24,000 bases of DNA from an uncultured Nitrososphaerota archaeon (GCA_963772005.1 CAVYVS010000025.1:130471-154470), one strand, 5' to 3'. Shown: positions 1 through 8,368, counted from the first letter of the stretch. Translations and numbers: made by a program. Notes: a model not told the origin generated them from the letters alone.

Positions 1-1
1 G

Positions 2-340
2 CGGTCCTCCGTCTCCTACATCTTCGCAACCGCCGTCTACTTCGCGAGCGACCTTGCTGGGCTGTACATCTCCATCGTGGCCGAACTGACGGGCACGAAC
101 AACTTTCAAGCGATCCAGATGTATATCCCAACTTCCCCCGTGGGCTCCCTTTCGTTGCAATACGCCATCTCCAACCTTCCTTCTGGGGCCGCGAGTATCC
201 TTCGGTTCATCAGCGCGACGGGGAGCGTGGAGCCTTCGACGACATTCTCTGCCCTCCTGATTGGAGCTTACTTCCTAGTCAGCACCGCTGTAGCGTTGGT
301 CTACTTCAGCCGTTTCGACGTTTCGAAGAAGATAGGTTAG
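2..340 (+). CDS. C-terminal part of an integral membrane protein whose gene starts left of the window; possibly an ABC-2-type permease
   Basis: Frame 2 is open from base 2 to the stop at 338-340. The translation (RSSVSYIFATAVYFASDLAGLYISIVAELTG...ALLIGAYFLVSTAVALVYFSRFDVSKKIG) is hydrophobic with TM-like segments. The family guess rests on composition only. Confidence 0.5.
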   Translation, partial: RSSVSYIFATAVYFASDLAGLYISIVAELTGTNNFQAIQMYIPTSPVGSLSLQYAISNLPSGAASILRFISATGSVEPSTTFSALLIGAYFLVSTAVALVYFSRFDVSKKIG

Positions 341-357
341 GCCGTCACTGCGCGCGG

Positions 358-1038
358 TCATCTGAAGTCGGAGGTGACTAGCTCCTTGACTAGGGCCGAA
401 GCGTTAACCAGTATGGGAGCCCCGTGGCCGGGGAGGAGTACGGAGAAGTCGAGCTTCGCTATCTTCTTCACGGACTCCTTGGCCAGCTCCGTGTCGGCGT
501 TCATGGCGTCCCGCGGCAGCTCCGGCTTGCCGTCCTTGCTAGTCCTAAGGGCGTCCCCCACGAAGAGGACTCCGCCCGGGCTGAGGAGGGAGATGCTCCC
601 CTCGGTGTGGCCGGGAGTGTAGATGACTGTGAGCCCAGCAATCTTGTCGCCATCCTTCGGCATGATGTCGGCCTTGACGGGCTTGGGCCTCATCAGGCCA
701 CTTCCTATCCTGATGAGCACCCCCATGGCTCCCTTGGCCTTCTTTGGTCCCTTTTCGCCAGACAGCCTTGCCGCGTCCGCCTCGTGGATCGCGACGCTTG
801 CTCCGGTCATCTCCCTCACCATGAGGACACCTCCGGCATGATCTATGTCGGGGTGGGTCAGTATGATGGTCTTGATTTGACTGGGGGAAAAGCCGATGCG
901 TTTCGCGTACTCGATAATCCTTTCGCTGCTGCCGGGGAGGCCTGCATCAACGACAGCTAGGCCGTCGCTCGCGGTTACGATGTAGGCGTTTGCGCCCCGA
1001 ACTCCTTCCACAAGGTGTATCCCGTCCTTGATCTCCAT
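358..1038 (-). CDS. MBL-fold metallo-hydrolase (metallo-beta-lactamase superfamily)
   Basis: 226-aa ORF with the HxHxDH-type metal motif LTHPDIDHAGG, followed by the conserved His contexts TPGHTEGS and LLPGHG. The N-terminal strand pattern (NAYIV...GLAVVDAG) is typical of the fold. Confidence 0.85.
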   Translation of the reverse strand: MEIKDGIHLVEGVRGANAYIVTASDGLAVVDAGLPGSSERIIEYAKRIGFSPSQIKTIILTHPDIDHAGGVLMVREMTGASVAIHEADAARLSGEKGPKKAKGAMGVLIRIGSGLMRPKPVKADIMPKDGDKIAGLTVIYTPGHTEGSISLLSPGGVLFVGDALRTSKDGKPELPRDAMNADTELAKESVKKIAKLDFSVLLPGHGAPILVNASALVKELVTSDFR

Positions 1039-1218
1039 TGTATCAGACGCCGCTCCATCCGTCGAAGGTTGGAGCTAAAGAGAGTTTCTGGTTGAACAAA
1101 AACAGTTTGTCGGAGGTCCGGCTGGGCATAAGCGTGAATCGTCGCGGAACCCACCCTTATTAGTGGCGCTCCAAAGCGGGAGAATGTTGGTTTCGATTAC
1201 CAGCGGGAGGCGTGCGGC

Positions 1219-1536
1219 ATGAGCCTGTTTCAATATGGTGCAGAAATGGAAAGGAAGGTGGCGGAGCGCCTCAGGCATAAGGGATGGGAGGTCAAAATGT
1301 CTCCTGGCAGCCGCGGCCCCTACGACTTGACGGCTAAGAAGGGACGCCGCTTGTGGCTAGTGCAGGTGAAGGCAACCCATAGGCCGGTCACATTTGTTGA
1401 GAAACTGTCAACTGCGGAAAGGGAGGCCCTGATTCAGGCCGCCGACTCAAGAGGGGCCGTCCCCGTATTGGCGTTGGTCGCAAAGGGTTGGATATTCCTC
1501 CTGTCCGCTCGAAGATGGCGCCACCTACGACCGTGA
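1219..1536 (+). CDS. hjc: Hjc-like Holliday junction resolvase / PD-(D/E)xK nuclease, short variant with Q-V-K in place of E-V-K
   Basis: GAEMERKVAERLRHKGWEVKMSPGSRGPYDLTAKKGRRLWLVQVKAT...GAVPVLALVAKGWIFL follows the archaeal Hjc pattern: GAxxER...G[FW]xV.RSxGS...DLxA..G....L.IEVK.T......P.LAVK...GW.F. A GGGAGG Shine-Dalgarno-like element lies at 1205-1210, 8 nt before the ATG. Confidence 0.65.
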   Translation: MSLFQYGAEMERKVAERLRHKGWEVKMSPGSRGPYDLTAKKGRRLWLVQVKATHRPVTFVEKLSTAEREALIQAADSRGAVPVLALVAKGWIFLLSARRWRHLRP

Positions 1537-1651
1537 GCTTGAAGGAACAGATGTAAGCTTGACGTAGATGCCTTCAGGAAGCGTGACAGAGCCGAACATT
1601 CTCCTTCAAGTGTAGGTGAGTATTTAGGCTACTTTCGGAAAGGAACTCAAT

Positions 1652-2515
1652 GTGAAAGCCCGCAGCACGGTGGACCTGGTGATCAGGTCAGACCGGACAT
1701 ATTGCAAGTGGTATGGTGGAATCGTCAGAGCCTCCATCGCCGTCGACGGCGGAAGGATAATTGGCCTCGGGAGCGAGACCGAAATGCCCAAGGCCGATCG
1801 TGTCATCGATGCGACGGGCGAGAAAATGCTCGTAGCCCCCGGCGTGATAGACACCCACGTCCACTGCAGGGACCCAGGGTACACGTACAAAGAGGATTAC
1901 TCGACTGCAACAATGGCGGCTGCCGCTGGTGGCATCACCTCCATCTTCGACATGTGCAACGTCAAGCCAGTGCCCAACACCCTGAAGTCCTTTTTAGAGC
2001 ACCAGAAGAACGCCGCAGGGAAGGCAATCGTGGACTTTGGACATAACGCGTCCGCCACCATACCCGAAGAGATACCGAGAATAGCCAAGGCAGGAGCGGC
2101 CACGCTGAAGATCTTCATGCTCATAGACGTCGCAAGAAGCTACCCCCACATGCCCGGGACTGGAATATCTGACGAAGGACACATGTTCGTCTGCGCCAAA
2201 GAAATGGCGAAGACGGGCCTTCCCCTGATCGTGCATGTGAACAACCAGGCCGTGTACGAGAGGATATCCAAGGAGTTCATCCAACGCGGCGAGGCCGACG
2301 CCCAAGGGTACGGCCGTGCCGGCGAAAGCTACGAGAACCTACCGGTCCTCCTCGGCGTCTCCACATGCATTTGGATGCAGTACGCCACCGGGGTCAAGCT
2401 CCATCTTCTCCACGTCGCTAAGAAGGAGAGCTGGGAGATGATAAGAAGAGGCCCTGGGCAGGGGCCAGGACATCACGGCGGAGATCAATCCGGCATCGTT
2501 GGTCTTCCAAAATGA
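1652..2515 (+). CDS. Cyclic amidohydrolase (dihydroorotase/allantoinase/hydantoinase superfamily), N-terminal fragment of a frame-disrupted gene
   Basis: Motifs: metal-binding HxH (PGVIDTHVHCRDPG), AAAAGGITSIFDM, carbamylated-Lys context ATLKIFM, LIVHVNN and LHLLHV. After ...WEMIRR the frame degenerates (GPGQGPGHHGGDQSGIVGLPK*) while the homologous sequence continues in frame +3. Confidence 0.8.
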   Translation: MKARSTVDLVIRSDRTYCKWYGGIVRASIAVDGGRIIGLGSETEMPKADRVIDATGEKMLVAPGVIDTHVHCRDPGYTYKEDYSTATMAAAAGGITSIFDMCNVKPVPNTLKSFLEHQKNAAGKAIVDFGHNASATIPEEIPRIAKAGAATLKIFMLIDVARSYPHMPGTGISDEGHMFVCAKEMAKTGLPLIVHVNNQAVYERISKEFIQRGEADAQGYGRAGESYENLPVLLGVSTCIWMQYATGVKLHLLHVAKKESWEMIRRGPGQGPGHHGGDQSGIVGLPK

Positions 2516-3080
2516 GTGGAAGAACATCGTCCGCTACGGCCCCTATTCTCAGGGCCATTGGACGCGCCCCGAAGACTCGGAAGCCAACTGGCAGGCGATA
2601 AACAGCCCCCTGGGCCGGGAAAGGATAGTGATCGGCTCGGACCATGCTCCGCATACGAAAGAGGATAAGGAGGTGGGCTGGTGGAACGACTTCGAGGCCG
2701 CGGGAGGGAGACCCATCGTGCAGGAATATTTCCCGTTGATGCTGGATCAGGTCAACAAGGGAAGGTGCAGTGTTGAGCGCCTGATAGAAATCTGCTCCGA
2801 GAACCCGGCGAAGCGATGGAACATCTTCCCCAGGAAGGGATGCATAGAGGTAGGTGCCGATGCGGACTTCACCATAATCGACCTGAAGAAGCGCCACAAG
2901 TTCACGTCCGACGAGATGTATTCGAAGGCGGGCTACACATGCTTCGAAGGCGATGTGGTGCAGGGCTTCCCTGTCAAGACCATAGTCAGGGGGAACGTGG
3001 TCTGTGATGACGGCGAAATCCTAGTCAAGCCCGGATTCGGGCGCTTCCAGCGGCCTCTGTCAAACACGGTCCTGTCCTGA
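2499..3080 (+). CDS. Cyclic amidohydrolase, C-terminal fragment (same gene as 1652..2515, shifted +1)
   Basis: Frame 3 is open from 2445 and reads (EE)ALGRGQDITAEINPASLVFQNEW..., then IGSDHAPHTKEDK (active-site Asp/His context), ADFTIIDL and VKTIVRGNVVCDDGEI. 2499 is only the first Met in that frame, not a real start. Confidence 0.8.
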   Translation: MVFQNEWKNIVRYGPYSQGHWTRPEDSEANWQAINSPLGRERIVIGSDHAPHTKEDKEVGWWNDFEAAGGRPIVQEYFPLMLDQVNKGRCSVERLIEICSENPAKRWNIFPRKGCIEVGADADFTIIDLKKRHKFTSDEMYSKAGYTCFEGDVVQGFPVKTIVRGNVVCDDGEILVKPGFGRFQRPLSNTVLS

Positions 3081-3111
3081 GGCGAGCGAAGACGACCTTC
3101 ATCAGTGGCTT

Positions 3112-3615
3112 CTAGGGTCCGGGAAGGTCGTAAACCGGGACTTGAAATTCGGCGGCAATCTTTCCCTCCGGGCCCCGACCAGTCGAACGGTTTTCGAATA
3201 TTCCCCTGAGGGGCCCGCCGACCGTGAGGTCGTTTCTGCGCACATATTCTCCGAGGTCGCGATAGACAGAACGGAGGACGAGCTTCGTCTTCGGCCCTTG
3301 ATAGACCATCGACGCAACTGTGACGGGCCGCATCGCCAGAAGATTGACCCGATCGTCCTTGTGGACTTCCCCGCTGACCTCCACGCACACCCAGCTTCTG
3401 CATTTGTCTGGTGGCGACTCCGGCCAGGTCAGCCCGATGCCGAAATCATGGGGCTCGTCATGGTAGATGATTATGTAAGGCCCGGGGCTGACGCCGTGAG
3501 CTTTGCACCAGGATGCCAGCTCCGCCATGGTTGGCTCTAGCTCATCGTAGCGGCCTTGGTGGCGAACGTAGACTACGTCATGCACAGATGACCTCTTTGT
3601 GACGGGCTGGGACAC
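3112..3615 (-). CDS. GyrI-like small-molecule-binding domain protein
   Basis: The 167-aa ORF has the two-repeat GyrI-like/AraC-effector-domain pattern: VVYVRHQGRYDEL..MAELASWCKAHGV.PGPYIIIYHDEP...CVEV, then VASMVYQGP......VYRDLGEYVRRN.L...GPLRGIFEN. A TATA-like ATAAATAGG (3636-3644, minus strand) sits about 25 nt upstream of the ATG. Confidence 0.6.
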   Translation of the reverse strand: MSQPVTKRSSVHDVVYVRHQGRYDELEPTMAELASWCKAHGVSPGPYIIIYHDEPHDFGIGLTWPESPPDKCRSWVCVEVSGEVHKDDRVNLLAMRPVTVASMVYQGPKTKLVLRSVYRDLGEYVRRNDLTVGGPLRGIFENRSTGRGPEGKIAAEFQVPVYDLPGP

Positions 3616-3731
3616 AGGCCGAATCCCGGTTCCTTCCTATTTATCCGTTGCAACGGAAAGCACCTACGGCAATCCAGGCCCGATAGGAAATCGAGCACTG
3701 TTAAATAAAGTGCGAAGATGGCCTCAACTTC

Positions 3732-4169
3732 ATGAGCGAAGGACAGGTCTCCGAGGAGGAGCTGAAGGCAATTCCGAAGGAGCTCAGGGATTATATCATA
3801 GAGCAGTTCGGGGAGATACGGCCTTCCCACCTGATGATGGCGAAGTACAACCCCGAGCAGCTCAAAGGGTTCCTGGCGTTCAGGAAGGCTATTATGCCGT
3901 CAGAGGAAGTCACTGGTAGGCTTCCCAGGAAGACCAGGGAGCTCATCCGTATAGCGGTCGAAGTGGCCACAAGAGGAGGTGCCAAGGGAATAGGGCCCGC
4001 CAAGGCAGCGGTGCGTCTGGGTGTTACGCCTGCAGAGATTCACGAAGTAGTCTCCATAGTCCAGATGCTCGCCGGTATGGAGGCGTATGTGGAGGCTGGC
4101 ATACCGACCGTGAAGGCGGCCGAAGAGGAAGCGGCGAGGTTGAAGGCCAAGAAGTCGGCCAAGAAATGA
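3732..4169 (+). CDS. Carboxymuconolactone decarboxylase (CMD/AhpD-like) family protein
   Basis: All-helical 145-aa ORF with the CMD-family core LPRKTRELIRIAVEVATRG......AAVRLGVTPAEIHEVVSIVQMLAGME. It contains no Cys, so it is not a CxxC AhpD-type peroxidase. TTAAATAAA at 3701-3709 lies about 27 nt upstream of the ATG. Confidence 0.75.
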   Translation: MSEGQVSEEELKAIPKELRDYIIEQFGEIRPSHLMMAKYNPEQLKGFLAFRKAIMPSEEVTGRLPRKTRELIRIAVEVATRGGAKGIGPAKAAVRLGVTPAEIHEVVSIVQMLAGMEAYVEAGIPTVKAAEEEAARLKAKKSAKK

Positions 4170-4233
4170 AGATGTCGGCGTCGGGTACGGGAGCCCGTGA
4201 AACTTGGGAGCTGCCTAGAGGTCGGGCGCTTTC

Positions 4234-5022
4234 CTACCGGGCCCAGTAGGCTATCCTTCTTTCAGCGAACTTGAAGGATTCGGTCAGCAGTATGCCTATC
4301 ACGGCTAGCTCGACTATTATGGCCATCACGTAGGGCGTCCTGAAGTAGTCGCCGAAGGCGGTGAGTAGGTATCCCAAGCCCGTCACCGCAAGTAGCATCT
4401 GGCCGATCATGACACCGATGAAAGCCTGGCCTAGACCTATCCTCAGGCCGGCCATGATGTACGGTAGGGCCCCGGGCAGTATCACCCTCCTGAACCGACT
4501 TAGGCCGCCGACGCCGAAAGCCCGAGAGGCGTCTAGGTATCTCTTGTCGATGTTTCTCACGCCGGCTGCCGTGTTTATGATGACTGGGAAGACACTCGAC
4601 AGAATCACTATCACGATGACTCCAATGTCGCTTATCCCGAACCAAATTATGATGAGTGGGACGAGGGCCGCCCTAGGGGTGACGTAGAGGGCGTTGACGT
4701 AAGGGTCCAGCCCTCTCTCTAGCGTGGCGTTGGCGCCAATCAGCAACCCGAGTGGGATGCCTATGGCGAGGCTCGAGGCAAAGCCGATGACCATCAGCTC
4801 CAATGTCAGCGTTGTTGACGCCCAGAAAGCATGGCCCGTCATAACCCCCACCACGTTGACTCCCTGGACGAGCTGCATCAAGGCATTAACGACCGTCAAG
4901 GGAGACGACAGTATGACAGGGTTCGTCCTAGATCCTATGATTTGCCAGAACCCGACGATCACTACAAATGTGATGATCCGTATGGCCCACTTCTTCAGAC
5001 CGGACGTCTCGACTTTGGCCAT
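4234..5022 (-). CDS. ABC transporter permease, NitT/TauT (SsuC/TauC-like) family, subunit 2
   Basis: 262 aa, multi-TM, with the MetI-like EAA loop DASRAFGVGGLSRFRRVILPGALPYIMAGLRIGLGQAFIG. It is paralogous to the adjacent permease. Confidence 0.9.
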   Translation of the reverse strand: MAKVETSGLKKWAIRIITFVVIVGFWQIIGSRTNPVILSSPLTVVNALMQLVQGVNVVGVMTGHAFWASTTLTLELMVIGFASSLAIGIPLGLLIGANATLERGLDPYVNALYVTPRAALVPLIIIWFGISDIGVIVIVILSSVFPVIINTAAGVRNIDKRYLDASRAFGVGGLSRFRRVILPGALPYIMAGLRIGLGQAFIGVMIGQMLLAVTGLGYLLTAFGDYFRTPYVMAIIVELAVIGILLTESFKFAERRIAYWAR

Positions 5023-5077
5023 CGCTAAGGAACCTCCCTCTCGCTGATGGGGGATATCAGCCGCGGGCGAAGGACCT

Positions 5078-5869
5078 TCATCTTCTGATGCCTCCTACCG
5101 TCCTCCAGTAGGCCAGCCTTCCCTCCACCCTCTTCACGACTTCCGTCAGGACCACCCCGATGGCCATCACTATCAGGATGAGCGCCATCACTTCGGGAGT
5201 GTCGAGATAGTTGCTGTAACCCGTGAGGATGAAGCCGAATCCGGAGAGGGCCAGGAGCATTTGCGCCACGATCACGCCTATGAAAGCCTGCCCCAGCCCC
5301 AGCCTAAGCCCGGCCATAACATATGGAAGGGCACCTGGGAAGACGACCCTCCGAAAACGGCGTAACCCCCTAACGCCGAAGGCTTTTGAGGCATCGAGAA
5401 AGGACTTGTCTAGGTTCTTCACTCCGGCGTGGGTGTTTATGACTATGGGAAAGAAGGAGTGCAGCATCACGATTATGGTTATGGCCTCGAACCCCACACC
5501 AAACCAGATTACAAGTATCGGAATCAACGCTATCCTCGGGATGACGTAGAGCGCATTCACCCAGGGGTCTAGGGCGGTCTCCACGGTTCGCGACATTCCC
5601 ATAAGCAGGCCTAAGGGGAGGCCGAGGACGATGGCCACGAGGAAGCCGGCGAGCATGGCTCCGAAGGTAGTCTCAAACGCAGCTAGTAAGGAGTACTGAC
5701 CTGTGCCTTGCGCGAGAATTACGAACGCGGCGGCTATCCTGGTTGGGGTGGAGATGAACAGAGGGTTGATCGCCGAGCCTATGAGTTGCCAAGCCACCAG
5801 TATTATCACCAGCACGACCAATGGAGGCCAGAGCTTGGAGCCCACGGCGGAAAGCCGTGAGGAGCTCAT
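5078..5869 (-). CDS. ABC transporter permease, NitT/TauT (SsuC/TauC-like) family, subunit 1
   Basis: EAA loop DASKAFGVRGLRRFRRVVFPGALPYVMAGLRLGLGQAFIG. I place the start at the ATG at 5869 (MSSSRLSAVGSKLWPP...). It overlaps the ATPase stop codon as ATGA (5866-5869). The longer ORF-track start at 5947 would overlap the ATPase gene by 82 nt. Confidence 0.88.
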   Translation of the reverse strand: MSSSRLSAVGSKLWPPLVVLVIILVAWQLIGSAINPLFISTPTRIAAAFVILAQGTGQYSLLAAFETTFGAMLAGFLVAIVLGLPLGLLMGMSRTVETALDPWVNALYVIPRIALIPILVIWFGVGFEAITIIVMLHSFFPIVINTHAGVKNLDKSFLDASKAFGVRGLRRFRRVVFPGALPYVMAGLRLGLGQAFIGVIVAQMLLALSGFGFILTGYSNYLDTPEVMALILIVMAIGVVLTEVVKRVEGRLAYWRTVGGIRR

Positions 5870-6621
5870 TTCGCCAACCCCAGCAGCTTTCTCAGCTTTG
5901 ACCTGTTCGCCCCGAACTCTGGCAGCGACCTTACGTCGTGCTCCCACCTCGGCTTCGGGAAGTCCAAGTGAACGACCTCGATGATCTTAGCCGGCCTGGC
6001 GGAAAGGACCAAGACCTTGTCAGACACGTAGAGCGCTTCGTCCATGCTGTGGGTGACGTAGACGACCGACTTTCCGGTCTCCTGGAATATCTTCAGGAAT
6101 TCGTCCAGAAGGGTCTCCGCAGTCTGCGCATCGACGTTAGCCAATGGCTCATCTAAAAGCAGCAAATCAGGCTCTATCGACAGTGCTCTTGCGATGCCCA
6201 CCCTCTGTTGCATCCCCCCCGAGAGCCTGTTTGGGTGGTAGGCAGCAAAGTCGGAGAGGCCCACCAGCTTGATGTACTTCTCCGTCCTCCTCTTTCGTTC
6301 CTCTGGCCTGAGGTCGAGGACGCCGAACTCGACGTTTTGCCCTGTCGTCATCCAGGGGAAGAGGTTGAATGTCTGGAAGACCAAGCCGCGGTCCTTTCCC
6401 GGCCCTGTTATCTCCCGGCCATCGACCTTTATGGAGCCGGAGTCCTTCTCCTCAAGGCCGGCTACTATCCTCAGCAAGGTGGTCTTGCCACAGCCACTGG
6501 GCCCGATGATGGAGACCACCTCCCCCTTGTCGACGGTGAACGATATGTCGTCCAGGACTGTCAGGCTCTCCTTAGAGGAGACGTGGAAGCTCTTACTCAG
6601 CGACTCTACTTCCAGCATCAT
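5866..6621 (-). CDS. ABC transporter ATP-binding protein, NitT/TauT (SsuB/TauB-like) family
   Basis: Walker A GPSGCGKTT, signature LSGGMQQRVGIARAL, Walker B LLLLDEP, H-loop YVTHS. 251 aa, with no extra C-terminal regulatory domain. Confidence 0.95.
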   Translation of the reverse strand: MMLEVESLSKSFHVSSKESLTVLDDISFTVDKGEVVSIIGPSGCGKTTLLRIVAGLEEKDSGSIKVDGREITGPGKDRGLVFQTFNLFPWMTTGQNVEFGVLDLRPEERKRRTEKYIKLVGLSDFAAYHPNRLSGGMQQRVGIARALSIEPDLLLLDEPLANVDAQTAETLLDEFLKIFQETGKSVVYVTHSMDEALYVSDKVLVLSARPAKIIEVVHLDFPKPRWEHDVRSLPEFGANRSKLRKLLGLAK

Positions 6622-6725
6622 CTACGCTTCACTGTCCCAGGGCTCCTTTGACGGAAAGACCGTGCATTTGACCTTCGGAGGAGGGGGACCTCCCCCGATC
6701 CCCCATTCCTCCTGCAAGGTCGTGC

Positions 6726-7859
6726 CTACGGCCCCGTGTACGGACCGAGAGCGTTCAATGCCTGCTGGTATATGGTGAAGTCGGCCCATATCGTTGCGTT
6801 AGGGGCGGAAGTAATCCCTGATATCTTGTAGGTGGCGAAGTCGTTTGCGAGCAAATTGGCTATGCCGACGTTCCAAGTGTTGTTGGTATCCCACAGGCCT
6901 AGTGACAGGAGCTGGTCATAAGACTCAGAAAGGAATGTCGAGTTCACTGTGGAGCCGACGATCGAAGGCGCATAGGCCATGTAGTTCGTCTTGTTCTGGG
7001 CCCATCTGTGGCCCATTATGAGGGCCTCCATGAGCTTGACCAGGGTGGCCTGGTGGCTCTGGAAGTACGTCTGGGTGACGAACATGAGGTTCTGCGGGAA
7101 GCCTGCAACGAGCTGTGAGAGGTACGCCAGCGGGTGGAACTGGCCGGGGGCGGCGGCCTGTATCTGGAGCCATCCGGCCACGTCCACGGCGCCGACCGGA
7201 ATCTTGCCCGCGATGAGAGCGGCCGTCCTGCCCGAGGCGCCTGGGACTATGACCCAGTTCACGTCGGTTATGTTGTAGCCCTGGGCGGATAGGTTGATGG
7301 CGGGGAAGTAGTAGGACGAATCGGTAAGGGATGTTATTCCCACGGTGATGTGCTGGGTGGCCAACTGGCCCATTGAGGTGATATTGGTCGTAGATACCAT
7401 AAGGGCGTCAGGGGCATCGATTGAGACGCCTATGGCGATGATCGGGACGCCTTGCGTCACCAGGGAGAGCAGGGCTGCGGGAGAGCTCTGCAGGCCATCT
7501 ATCTGACCCGAAAGCAGGGCCGACACGGCTGCCTGCTGCCCCGTGAAGGTGCTGAGCGTGATGCTGAGCCCGAGGGACGGCGCGTCCACCAGATAGCCGT
7601 GCCACTGGGGGACGTCGCTGGGGTCAGGTGTGCTGACCGTGGTGCCGACGCGCATGGTCTCGGTCGTCACCGGTGTAGTCGTGGTGGTCGTGGTAGGAGC
7701 GCCGGTCAATGAAGAAGTGGTCGTAACGGTGACCGTCTTGCCCGAGCCGGCTGCAGACAGTCCGACTTCGTAGAAGGTCACCCCTCCCACTATGAGAACG
7801 ACGATAATGATCGCGACGGCAGCGATCGTACTAATGCCAGGTCGTCTTGATTTTCGCAT
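6726..7859 (-). CDS. ABC transporter substrate-binding protein (NMT1/THI5-SsuA/TauA-like), membrane-anchored with a Thr-rich stalk
   Basis: N-terminal MRKSRRPGISTIAAVAIIIVVLIVGGVTF (basic residues plus a TM helix), then the linker TVTVTTTSSLTGAPTTTTTTTPVTTET. A periplasmic-binding-type body follows (…SALLSGQIDGL…, …ALIAGKIPVGAVDVAGW…). It sits next to the cognate ATPase and permease genes. Confidence 0.8.
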   Translation of the reverse strand: MRKSRRPGISTIAAVAIIIVVLIVGGVTFYEVGLSAAGSGKTVTVTTTSSLTGAPTTTTTTTPVTTETMRVGTTVSTPDPSDVPQWHGYLVDAPSLGLSITLSTFTGQQAAVSALLSGQIDGLQSSPAALLSLVTQGVPIIAIGVSIDAPDALMVSTTNITSMGQLATQHITVGITSLTDSSYYFPAINLSAQGYNITDVNWVIVPGASGRTAALIAGKIPVGAVDVAGWLQIQAAAPGQFHPLAYLSQLVAGFPQNLMFVTQTYFQSHQATLVKLMEALIMGHRWAQNKTNYMAYAPSIVGSTVNSTFLSESYDQLLSLGLWDTNNTWNVGIANLLANDFATYKISGITSAPNATIWADFTIYQQALNALGPYTGP

Positions 7860-7983
7860 ATGGAGGCACCCCGCCCCGATTTCCTTATTAGGATTTCCAC
7901 TGATTCATTCTTCCGACATATATTAGTAACTAATACCGTTAAATACGGAGGTGGAAAAGGAAATTCCATCAATTTTCCAGGAG

Positions 7984-7998
7984 GCGCCCGGTGGGCGC
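7984..7998 (-). terminator. GC hairpin just downstream of the LLM oxidoreductase stop; possible terminator element
   Basis: GCGCCC-GGT-GGGCGC (6-bp stem, 3-nt loop) lies 11 nt past the stop at 8009. On the minus strand T-rich tracts follow (…GGAATTTCCTTTTCC…). Archaeal termination usually depends on oligo-T, so the hairpin role is uncertain. Confidence 0.3.
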
Positions 7999-8008
7999 GG
8001 TAGCCCCG

Positions 8009-8368
8009 TCAATTGAAGGCGGGCATGACTTCCTTCGAGAAGAGCTCCATCATCCGGCTGATTTCTTCCAGAGAGAGATTGACCATCCTGATGTCGAAGA
8101 AGTCGACGCCGACATCGGCGTAGGCCCTAATCTTGTTCACTACGTCTTGAGGTGATCCCACTAGGGAAGACCTCAGCACGCCGTCCATTCTCACCTGACG
8201 CATGGTCTTCGAGGGGTCGTTAGGGTCGGGCCTGTCGAACTCGGGGCCACGGAAGTAGCTCTCTATCGTGTATTGAGAGATCTTCTTCGCCTCTTCCGCA
8301 TCCTTCGCCATGCATAGGAAGGTCTGTATGCCAAGTTCGATGTCATCTATGCTCCTGCTCTCATCCAT
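8009..8368 (-). CDS. LLM-class (luciferase-like) flavin/F420-dependent oxidoreductase, C-terminal fragment of a frame-disrupted gene
   Basis: ...LVGSPQDVVNKIRAYADVGVDFFDIRMV...EEISRMMELFSKEVMPAF is the typical C-terminal segment of LLM enzymes (G.p.ev...l......G.d...l). The frame is open upstream and continues the N-terminal fragment after a +1 shift. Confidence 0.75.
   Translation of the reverse strand: MDESRSIDDIELGIQTFLCMAKDAEEAKKISQYTIESYFRGPEFDRPDPNDPSKTMRQVRMDGVLRSSLVGSPQDVVNKIRAYADVGVDFFDIRMVNLSLEEISRMMELFSKEVMPAFN

Noticed and set aside
424-960. Long ORFs antisense to, or out of frame with, confidently called genes. Examples: 424..960 (+), 2418..2897 (-), 2933..3403 (-), 3142..3540 (+), 6208..6778 (+), 10654..11088 (+), 11737..12234 (-), 12367..12804 (-), 14305..14862 (+), 17196..17687 (-), 20354..20827 (-).
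   Set aside because: Their translations are Arg/Gly/Pro/His-rich and low in complexity, and none shows a recognisable motif. Each lies opposite or overlapping a gene with clear family signatures. Shadow ORFs like these are expected in GC-rich DNA.
5870-5947. N-terminal 26-aa extension of permease 1 (ORF-track start at 5947), which would overlap the ATPase gene by 82 nt.
   Set aside because: The extension (MGARRKVAARVRGEQVKAEKAAGVGE) is non-hydrophobic read-through of the ATPase C-terminal region in another frame. The ATG at 5869 forms a classic ATGA stop/start overlap and gives a normal permease N-terminus.
7630-7730. Repetitive-looking DNA (GGTGGTCGTGGTGGTCGTGGTAGG...) that could be mistaken for a tandem repeat or array.
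   Set aside because: It is the coding sequence, on the minus strand, of the Thr-rich stalk TTTTTTTPVTTET of the binding protein. This is low-complexity coding sequence, not a non-coding repeat.
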